A DNA stretch of 64,000 nucleotides from Amphiscolops sp. MND2022. Taxonomy: Eukaryota. Under the pieces are notes generated by a model. That model was not told the origin of the DNA. It saw only the letters and a program-made list of their open reading frames with translations, and searched no databases. This document shows, in pieces, positions 1 through 10,054 of this stretch (position 1 is the first letter of the stretch; every line of letters begins with the position of its first letter). Where the stretch lies: contig OZ076409.1 of the NCBI GenBank assembly GCA_964187785.1, forward strand, positions 17,982,001-18,046,000, given 5' to 3'. A program made the position numbers and the translations under genes.

Positions 1-2354
1 TTAAATGTGTTGCTTATGCAAAGAAAGAAAGGAAAATATGCTTTCAAGGTTCCGTAAGATACCGTCGTGTTGATAGAACGGTATGGAATCATAATACATT
101 ACCGCTTCCTGTTACTCTTGATCCATTAGAATGTAAAAACATTATAGGACATTTAAATGGTACAAATGATAAAATATTGAACAACCTCCACTACAATAAA
201 ACTTTCACACTTTTAGAAGACCATTATTTTCAAGAACGATTAGAACAATATCAAACTCCTTTCACTGTATTCCAATTAAACAAAATGTACACAGGTACAT
301 TTACATTTATGCCTGCTGATAAAAACTGGATATATGACCCTACTCGAAACCCTTATCTTAACTGTCCTGCTCATCATCAATTCGAAGTCAACCTAGTTAG
401 TTGGCGATTAGAAATTTCTGAAGTCGAACTTACGTATGATGACACATCCAATGACATGATAATAGATCGACATACATTACCCTGCTATTTTGCAGATGGT
501 TTTTGTAAACTCACAACGAAAACCCCTTCGGTTCAATGATGACTATTTCCTAATTTGCACATTACAAGACTTCATTGGTCGTATGACAAAAATTGAAGAT
601 AGATACTGGATTGAAACAGACTTTTTTGTACATTCTCCACACTCAATAAAACCCAAAACAACTTTTTGTATCAAAGGTACAGAACATCCATATGTTTATG
701 CTCCTCATACACAACATCCAAATAACCCAAGTCTTTCAAGATTTGAAGTTTTTCCTACGGCACAAACTTTTTGTGGTAAACCAGACCCTCTTTATTCTAC
801 ACAATATTCAGACCTTTTTGTTACATACACTGAAAGTTTCAATATGCATACAGGACAACCCAACCCTCATTCTATGATTGATGAATATATTTCTGGTAAA
901 ACAGTATTGGACACTTCAAATAACAAATTTATATTTCCTGCATTAAATGTTTCAAACAACTTTGCTAACATTGACTATGACGCACATATAAACACCAAAA
1001 TAGATTACACTATTAACCATGTTTTCAGATCAATGACAGTACAAGAACTAAATACACTTCATACAATATGTGAATTAGAACGAAACCAACTTCTTACAAT
1101 ACTCGCAATGTCAGTACAAAATCCTCAACTTGCTGGTTTTCTTTTAACCGGTAATAGAAGTAATTTCTTGTACGTTGAAGGCTTACAAACCTGGCTCTAT
1201 GACTGCCCTCATTTTTTATCTCCTTTATATAAAGCTGATAGATGCTTTGACCGTATACCTATCCTTTTTAGAGATCCCTTAGTGTACGTTGATCCAATTA
1301 CAAGACAAACTTATGACTATGCTACAACAATTACATGTGATAATAATCAACGTAACATTATTGAACTATATCCTGATTCCGATGATCAAGATTTTTACAT
1401 TCTTGGACCTGAACCTATTAAACACAAACCTCCACTAATGTTTACACCAAAACTGAATCAAAACTACAATACGCCCTAACACTTTTACAGCTCAAGATGC
1501 TGGTATAAATTCTAATGCAGAACTCGACCAATTTTGGAATCGTATTTTATTTTCCAAACATTCTGATTCTACACTTCAATTACTAGGCAAAGCTCTTAGC
1601 TATTCTTTAATTTCATCTAATACTCCTAATTATGATGCAGATTCCCCTCAAGATTCTGGTAAACCTTATAATACATTACGTATAGGACTACATGATAAAC
1701 TCTTGAATTTAACTCCTCTTTTTACACCTACATGGTTTTCAGATGCTCTTATTGCACTTTTTGGATATCCTTGTTATATTCTCACACATTGTGGTATATA
1801 CTTTTCTACATTCCTTTTTGTACAAGCTACTCTTACACTCATTGTCAAACTTTACAAAACAATATCCATTAAATATAATCCAAAAAAATAATATTATTTT
1901 ATTTAGCTCTATCGCACATGGTTTTTTTAATGTTCTTACAGCACGAATGGTCAATGACCTCAATGAGACTCAAAACAAAAAACCCAAAAGTACACTTTTA
2001 AAAGCCAAATCCTTAGAAAATTTTATTGACACTTCAACAAATTTAATTAATCATTCTACTGATGTTACTTCCCCTCCACCTTTCTATACTAAACGTCCTA
2101 ACAAAATTCAATTTCCTAAATTTAACTTGTTTCCGAAACGACACCACAATTCTCACCAAAAAACTGCTTCACTTCCTTTCTCTCCTGTTCAACATCCTCC
2201 ATTTCCTAATTATACTCATAAAAACTTTCATCCAAATGACAATCTAACTACTCAACATGACACTTTAATTAACAATTCTGTCACCTCTATTACGGATACA
2301 CCAATTAAAATCTATTCACGGATAAACTATCCTTTTCCTCCTCCATCTTCTTGA
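1..2354 (+). pseudogene. env: Envelope-like glycoprotein, class III fusogen-like (gB/chuvirus G), frameshifted; 5' end outside window
   Basis: ORF pieces 177-539, 490-1479, 1703-1891 and 1743-2354; CELERNQLLTILAMSVQNPQLAG and LYDC...RCFDRIP...YVDPITRQ...C motifs; hydrophobic C-terminal segment followed by a P/S/T-rich tail. Confidence 0.75.
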
Positions 2355-2568
2355 ACACTCTCTCAGTTTTGTGCAAGCTCTCTTCCGGCACACTCGCCTA
2401 CTACTTCATCTTTTCACAATTGCTACTCCTCCACCACTTGAAACCCTTGCAGAAGTTCATCTTCCTCAATCCAATAACACCTCTCTCATCATAACAGTCT
2501 TCAAAAACTATTCACCTAAAGTTGATAAATCCACTCGTTAGTGACATTTAGAATACTTTAACTTTGAA

Positions 2569-3770
2569 GTGCTAAGGCCTCTTGGAATAGATAACACTGT
2601 GATTGTTGATGTTTTCCCTTTAAACACAATGACACAAGCACAACTTGACTTACAGAAACAGGCGCAACTTGATCTACAAACACAGCTTGAACAAGCAACC
2701 CCAACACATCTCATAACTAGATCTCTTTTAAATGATTCTCCCGTTCTCTATATCGAGACTTCTGAACAAACACCTCCAACTTTTCTTGAACAAATGGAAC
2801 ACACAAAAGTTGAACACGAAAATTCAAAACCTACTCTTTCACAAGATGATACTGATCATACACAAACAACACCACCTCCTCCAAAAAAGCGATATGAAAT
2901 TATGAAAGATCCAATCTTTCTTTCTTCACCAATATATCCTCCTTCAATACCTTCAAAAGTTTCACTTTGTACGAATCGTGACGATCATTTGATCCCATTT
3001 CTTTCAAATGACAATTTCGTCTTTAAAGCACAACTAACTTCCCTCTATATGCATCCTACTGATTATTCATTTCGCTTATATGACAAAAATCAAGACTTTT
3101 CACATCAATTGCCTCCAAAATAAGGGGTCCATACCAATATTGGCTTGATAACGGAGTCAAAATTTTCTCTCTACAATTCAATTTTCTCCGTCCTTCTATC
3201 TACGATCTCAAAACAGATGAATCCGATCCATCTTTCCTTTCTATTTCCCAAGAAGCTACTCATCGTCAAACGTATACTAAATTTCTACAACACACGAAAC
3301 CACAAAATCACATTTTCGTCAGTTACAAATATACATCACCGTTCACAATGACAAATATGTACACCCTTGATCACTCTTGTATAACAGGCTACCTTCGAAA
3401 CTATGACCCTATAAAACAATACTTCTGTTTGCTTCCATACAATAATACTTCAAGTCCACTTATTGTACCTCACGAATACCTCATACATTACGATGACTTT
3501 TTGTTGCCTTGCAACATTCCTACTCAAATTGTCAAACCTCTCACTGTCATTAAACACCTAGTATCTTCTCCGCTTGACGATAAAGATAGAACTTACTATA
3601 CAGCACTCTCCAAGCAAATGTATTCCTACAATGAACTCCTCTTCATTTCTGCAAAAACTATTTCTTTTATGGTACAAGCTGAACAAAAAACTGAACATAA
3701 ATCACACTCTTCACCTATAAAAAACGCTCCTGACAAACTTTCCTCTGTATTGAATAACCGAACACTATAA
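2569..3770 (+). pseudogene. Accessory ORF-a of element A, unknown function, frameshifted
   Basis: ORFs 2569-3123, 3145-3351 and 3348-3770 match 28073-29151 in C (PPPPKKRYEIMKDP, GYLRNYD..KQYFCLLPY). Confidence 0.75.
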
Positions 3771-3774
3771 TAAC

Positions 3775-3965
3775 CGATCACAACACTCACACATATACTG
3801 CACTGCTATGACAGAACACACAAACTTCTCCAGACACTCGATTTAGACTCTCAACGCATCACCCAATCATTCCAAGCAATTCAATCTGCTTTGGAAACGA
3901 TAACTACTCTTTTTAACTCAACTAATCTTCATTAAACTCTCCTACAGGTAATACAAATTTCCTAA
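3775..3965 (+). pseudogene. Accessory ORF-b remnant
   Basis: Manual translation LTHILHCYDRTHKLLQTLDLDSQRITQSFQAIQSALE is near-identical to C 27820-28010; boundaries approximate. Confidence 0.55.
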
Positions 3966-4363
3966 TTTTTCTTCTCTGGTACACCCCATGATACATCTTT
4001 GACACTATATCGAAGGTATTTACATTTTTCACCTAATTAATCCAAATAATCTCTTGCTTCCTGAATGAAATCTCAGGACAATCTTTAAAGTACATACTTC
4101 TTTCCTATAGTACATGTCAAACATAACTATTTTTATCCAAAAACTACATAAAACAATGATACAAGAAATGCAAGACGTTATAGCACAAAACTACCTATGA
4201 AACATTATAGCACCGTTTTTTAAGGTACTTCTCTTCTCTTGTCGTTGTCAAATTTCTTATACTCCGTGTGTTTTAGAAACATCCATTTTTCTTCCTCCTC
4301 CTTCCATACTCTTTCAGAACATCTCCACTTCTCCTTCTTTTTCTTCTACAGCACACTCTCGTC

Positions 4364-4816
4364 ATGGCCTCCAACGCTGAAGTAGAAGGTATCATCACAA
4401 TGACTTCCAGTCAATCAAAAGTACACAGCCTCAAAGCCGCCATTTTTCATACAATGGCTTATAAACTCTCTCTTGAAATCAACAAGAACAAAATCACACC
4501 CAAAACTATTATTGCTTTTCTCAAAGTTTTATACAATGTTGCCCAGATAAAGACAAAAAAAATCACTTTTGAACAGTACTCTCGCATTCATTTGGCTGGC
4601 CCAAAAATCGCAATTTGCGAGACTGCATTCAATGCTGTTTTCGTTTTGAATTCTGCATTTACATCAAAAGACCAATATTTCAAAACTGCCAAACAAGAAG
4701 CAATCCTAGCCTTCAATAACGTTTTCAAAGATTTTGGGTACACCCAAACCCTTGAATACTACGACCCTCAAGTGCATCAAGCCCATCCACCTCAACAACA
4801 TCCTCTATACAACTGA
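4364..4816 (+). CDS. Accessory ORF-c of element A, 150 aa, unknown function
   Basis: Intact ATG-to-stop ORF; homolog in C at 27025-27451; preceded by a pyrimidine tract and CAG acceptor-like site at 4349-4351. Confidence 0.75.
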   Translation: MASNAEVEGIITMTSSQSKVHSLKAAIFHTMAYKLSLEINKNKITPKTIIAFLKVLYNVAQIKTKKITFEQYSRIHLAGPKIAICETAFNAVFVLNSAFTSKDQYFKTAKQEAILAFNNVFKDFGYTQTLEYYDPQVHQAHPPQQHPLYN

Positions 4817-5804
4817 ACACTTTACTTACTTTGTCACTCTTCAACTACATTTCTTCTTGATTCCATCATCTTTCTTCTATGATGTTTGAGATGTAGCTGT
4901 AGATCACTCCTCCAAAAGAACTTCTCCTACACATGCTGACACTTTTCACTACACCCCACAAGATGGTCAACATCATCCATCCACACTCTGGGTTCGCAGA
5001 CGTTGCCAACATTCTTCTTGTCCTCGTCACTGGTCTTTCTGTGCGACAGCCATCTTTCTCTTTTTCAACCTGCCTCTTCACTGTTCTTTCTCTGTGGCAG
5101 TCACTACTTCGTCGACTTCTTGACTGGTCTTCACACTTCAATGGACTGCACTCTTCTCCAAATTTCAAACAATGTGATTCCAATTGAGTCAATTTTCAAA
5201 CTAAACTATATAGTCAATTTTAACTAATCTATAACCCTCAATTGTAAACATATAGTCCATCTTAACTAACTAACTTGTAACTTATTGTATTCCATTTTAA
5301 TCAAATTGTAACTCCAATACAGTGTATAATCTTAACCCCAATTTCATCGTAGTGCTATATAAAATCTTAATCTTCTATAATCGTACTATAATTACCCCCT
5401 CTGTTGCTATCCCCACAAAAATTTACCTATAATTACCTTTGTAACCGCAATATTATCCCCTTCCATTGTCTTGTGTATAGTATATTGACATAATCTTATC
5501 TAATTCCTTTGTTACATCTATAATACACTTCAAAAAAATATCTCTAATCCCCATTTTTTACAGAACATAAGTCCTACCTACAGCACAAGAAATTTTCTAA
5601 GATTTTTGGACAAAAATGTTTTCTTTTACAAAACATGTTCTACACCTTTGTTTTACTTCCCAAAAGCAATCCCTAAAAATTTTCAAAATTTTTCTTTTGA
5701 ACTTTTTCAAACTGTAACTTCTCGTTTTTCAATGTTTGAAACTTGCAATTGCCACAGTTCTTTTCTTTCTTCAACTTTTTGCTTCTGCTGTACTCTTCAC
5801 TTTC

Positions 5805-6005
5805 GTTGAAAATGAACTCTCACTAGAACCTTGACTATTCGAAACTTCTTCACTTTTGGTTCACATACCCGCCAATGTTGGTTCACAACTCATTGACAAC
5901 TTCACGCTTTAATTCTTCAACTTGAAAAGTTTTCAATGCTGACTAACTCATGTTGATGACAATTTTTTCAAACAAGCCGATGCCTGGTACGAAAAAGAAA
6001 CATGA
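5805..6005 (+). pseudogene. Accessory ORF-e remnant
   Basis: VENELSLEP*LFETSS...SQLIDNF aligns codon-wise with VENELYFEPRLFKSSS...SQLIDNF in C (~25985-26185); in-frame stops in A. Confidence 0.5.
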
Positions 6006-6291
6006 AACATTAAATAGTTGTCAACAATAACTTGACCGAAAACTGTCAGTCAAAGAAACTGAAAGAACTTGAACCTTTTGCACCAATTGAATCGTCTATG
6101 ACGTAAGAAGTCAAATCGTCTTAGGTTGTTCTCACTCCTTAAGTATGGTACACTACAGAACGAAACTCATGCAACACATGCATAACACATATGAAACAAA
6201 CCTATGCATATAACATCTGAAACAAAAACTTTTAGAACTTCTCAAACACAAAGTGCATATATGTAATTTTATTTTTAAATTCCCGGTTGAT

Positions 6292-6704
6292 TGTGATGCC
6301 ATGATGCATGTCCTCAAAGATTCTATAAATCTGAAATACTCTGAACTCCTAACCAAAGTAATTAGTAAATGTAATCTCATTTGAAAGCTAATTATTGTAG
6401 AAGAAACTTCACTTAATATATCCTGTAACAATCTTCTTAGATTCATCCTGATGCTGTCACATTATTAATTGATGAAACCTACCCTAGTTAATAGAATATA
6501 TCTACTCGGAGAAAATGAGAATTCATCCTGACGATCAGTCTTCTCTCCAGCACTTCAAGAACTGAGATCTCAGAAATAGATTGTACTTAGAGCTAGCTAG
6601 CTGCAAGGTATAAAGTAAGACGACCCTGCTGTTAAAATCATAGACTTCTTATGTCAGTAATAAAACATCTAAAAGAAATAACACACACGCTTTTTAACAG
6701 CTCA
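6292..6704 (+). repeat. 3' LTR of element A (413 bp)
   Basis: Begins TGTGATGCC and ends TTTTAACAGCTCA, the same termini as the C LTRs read on the minus strand. Confidence 0.85.
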
Positions 6705-7167
6705 TATGAACGACTTGCCATGAACTTGTCGAACAATTCAAACAATAGTGAATTATTTCTGAATACTCTGAACATCTAAATACTCCGGTTCAGGACGGAG
6801 TAGCTTGTTAACAGCCTGTCGAAGAATATTGACTTCGAAGAATATTGACTAAAGAAAACACTCTCCAACTACTTTTTGCATTACTTCGACACTAGGTATC
6901 GAGAAAACTCTAGTCAAACCTGGAGAATGTAATCACAGCCAATCCACCAGGTCGAACTCATTTCTTGAAAAAACCTCCCCGGCGTGTTGTCAAATATACA
7001 TATAAATAACGTTCGGGGTATTGAAAATACCGTTGGAGCACTTTGCAAGACATGTTTTGGGACAAAAATCATGTATATCATGAAAGCTAGTTATGCTCCC
7101 TTGAACAGCTGAGGTTCACTGGGGCCCTATTCATGGTCATGTCGTTAGAATCGACCACCCTGGTTAC

Positions 7168-9229
7168 TGTTGGAACTAACGTTGACTGAGTTGCCGATGG
7201 GTTCGGAGTTCCCTATTGATTCAGGCTCGATATCATGTCGTAGAACTGAACCTGAAGGTTCAGTGGCGGAATTTGAAAGACCATCTACTTTCGAGGCTAG
7301 ATTTTCGATTAATTTCAAAATTTCTCTTTGTCCAAATTCTGCGTCTCTTAGTCTTTTGGACCGTCGATTTTCAATCTTGTTTGAAATATCTGAGAAGTCT
7401 TGTTCAGTCAAGCAAGTATTTTCATCAGAAGCCTGGCTTGTAGACTCGACATTTTCCAAACTACTACTTGGGTCACTCCTAAGTTTCCTTTTCTGAGATT
7501 TCTCGGGCATCGTCGAAAAGTTTAGTTGATCAAACAGGTTAATTCGACTGGTTTAACTGGTGGTTGAACAAATCAAGAGTTTCCAGAACAAGCTTGTTCC
7601 AATGCAAAGATACAGTCTCAAATCCAAAGAAAACGTTCGCAAGCAAATAAAAGAGTACAATCAATAATTGAAAACTCAAAATTCAAAGTTTTGGGAATTA
7701 CAAATCAAGGTTGAGCTTTCGCGAAATCAAAATAACACTGTCCTTTTCCTTTTCCCACTTCAGGTATTTATACTTTGCGCTAGACACGCGGGATAAATCC
7801 CGCGCGTGAATTCACACTTCGTTCAGCTCGGCGTCCTTCCGAGGCAAGAAAATCCAAGTCAGGTACGCTTCCTCGGGACTCGGCTTTCGGCTTCATCTCA
7901 CTTCAAAGGAAAAGTGGGAATCAACTTCCTGCCGAAGTCCCAATTCCGCGTACCTTTCTTCTTCATCTCCCGCCAATTCAAGACGCCGAACCGAAGTTAG
8001 CACTGAAATTCATGAACCTAGCTACTGAAGCGGGAAAAGGAAATGAAGTTTACATCGAAGAAAATGAAACTCTAAATAAAATAAAACTGCACTAAATTAA
8101 GAAAAATGGGAATTCGGGCATTATTATTCTCATCAACTGAACACAAAATGATCAATTTGGGTGGATTAATTCGTTGGTTAAAGTTCTGGTCGAATGCCAG
8201 GGCGGAGTGTTAAACTGAAATTTTCCGGAACACTTGACCGGATATTGAACATCATTAATCAACACAGTGGGGGGGGGGTTTAACGCAACTTTAATGGCTT
8301 TAGTGAGTATTATATGCCATTCAATCAATAAACGTTCATAACAAATTAATAATCAGCACTTGTCACAATGTAATTAATCTTTCATTCGTTCTCAACTAAG
8401 CAGTTGCCCCGGCGGTCGACCCGGGGTGGGGCTCTACCAACACAGTAATATTTGAATAAAAATACTACAAAACGAACGAAATATTGCTCTGGTGGGGGAA
8501 TCAGGACAAATTAACAATATTATCCATGTTACACTAATGATTAATGCACAGTAATATCAACTATATTTGATCGGTTGTCCCGGTGGTTGTCCCATTTGGA
8601 AAGTAGAGTTGGGTGACCAGGCGGTTGACCTAAATAATAAAACAAATACTTTCATCCTTTAGACCCTTCATTATTTCCATCGGTTATTTATTTGTGGTTT
8701 GAGCTTCTTTTAAGCTCTGTGATCACGATAGAATAGCACAACATGTTATACAGTAATACTATTGCTTCAGTTGTTTCAAGCGTGCGACCAGGCGTGCGAC
8801 CCAGCACTCGGTCGACTGGTGAGCTGCCTGGTATTGCTGTTCAGCTAGCGCGGTGAATTTGCGCTAATCGCTGATTGGTCCGATGAAATTGGAATGAAAT
8901 TTAATCTGCTTTAGCTCCATTGTTATTGTAGCGGTAAATTGATCAGCGTGTTGGCTGAGTTAATTTCGGTCAATATGCTGGTCGCTTTACTGTAAACAAA
9001 TCACACTAATAGCACTTTAATAATATTTAAGTATTTACATATTTATGTATTTTAGGTACTGCGCTGGGTTAATAATGTTTGTTGGATAGTTTAGATGGGT
9101 TGTTTGTTAATTGTTTCTTTCAAGGTGAATGATGTTCTTATTCGGTCCCTTTCTGGTTGATTTCTCTATTTCCTTCCTCTGGCGTTCTCCTTGTATTCGT
9201 TATTTCGCTGCTCCTAGAGGGCTGCGACA
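7168..9229 (-). repeat. 3' LTR of element B (2062 bp), carries a copy of the gag 5' end
   Basis: Direct repeat of 20794-22854. Confidence 0.97.
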
Positions 9230-9773
9230 GTCCCCTGCTTTGGTGAGGGACGTCCACTATGGGAGGTAATGGAGAAATTGGCCTGAAAGGCGACGATATT
9301 GGCGGAAGAAATACCGATTGTACCATTGAATCGTAAGATAGCCAGGACGAATCGGTTGACCAGTCACTTCCTGAGAAGTAACCTATCGAACTAGAGTTAC
9401 TGGAGATGGGGCTGATTGTCCCATCGTGCGGCCCGTATAGCCAATTGTCCATGTTCTCGTAGTTTCTAGGGGGGCTCGTGAATTCGTCATCCGGGATGAT
9501 CGGGTTGGAGTTGACAAATTTCCTGTATGGTAATGTGTCCGATTGGGCCGTTGCTAATATAGATATTGGTGCCGACTCATGATAAAGGACAATATGTTCC
9601 GTCCCAGTGTTAATAATCTCGTAAATATCCTCAATTATTGGTGTTTGAGTATTTTCGCATTTATCACCATGCACCTTAGGTGTTGATTGTGCACAGGGGT
9701 TTACTGGGGCAGCGTCTTGGTCGCGGTCCAAAATGAAATAATCGGTTGAGGAATTGAGTGTCGATGAATTCAT
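9138..9773 (-). CDS. Element B sense-strand 3' ORF, 211 aa, S/P/D-rich, crosses the PPT and ends inside the 3' LTR
   Basis: Intact ORF with ATG; an ORF occupies the equivalent position in element D. Confidence 0.55.
   Translation of the reverse strand: MNSSTLNSSTDYFILDRDQDAAPVNPCAQSTPKVHGDKCENTQTPIIEDIYEIINTGTEHIVLYHESAPISILATAQSDTLPYRKFVNSNPIIPDDEFTSPPRNYENMDNWLYGPHDGTISPISSNSSSIGYFSGSDWSTDSSWLSYDSMVQSVFLPPISSPFRPISPLPPIVDVPHQSRGLSQPSRSSEITNTRRTPEEGNREINQKGTE
9230..9241 (-). other. Polypurine tract of element B
   Basis: AAAGCAGGGGAC immediately before the 3' LTR on the minus strand. Confidence 0.7.
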
Positions 9774-10054
9774 TTGATCCGATGAGTAAATAAATTGTAT
9801 GCAATAAATAGTAATACTTGTAAGTAATGCTGAGCGGCTGTTCTGCGGAATGGTCGAGTAATTGAATGATAATTCCGTTCTTTTCTTTTGTTCACGCCGC
9901 TTGCATGAATGGGAAAGTTTTCAGCTGGCAGACTGAATGACTTCCATTACGTCATACTAATAATATTGTATAGTAGTAATCTCGTTGGTTTTACGCCACG
10001 TCTTCGTATTGGTATTATTGTGTTGACATTTTTAGATTGATTTGCTTGCAAACG

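Larger units (their letters stand above)
1..6704 (+). mobile_element. Element A: 3' part of an env-bearing Ty3/gypsy-type LTR retroelement (same lineage as element C), decayed
   Basis: env and accessory ORFs are collinear and homologous to 25284-31900 (minus strand); ends in an LTR homologous to the LTRs of C; 5' part is outside the window. Confidence 0.9.

Noticed and set aside
6821..6850. GAAGAATATTGACT short tandem duplication
   Set aside because: Ordinary slippage duplication in spacer DNA
7168..9229. Segmental duplication or separate truncated gag gene
   Set aside because: TG...CA ends, the PBS, the PPT and the GTTAC TSD show that this is the 3' LTR of element B
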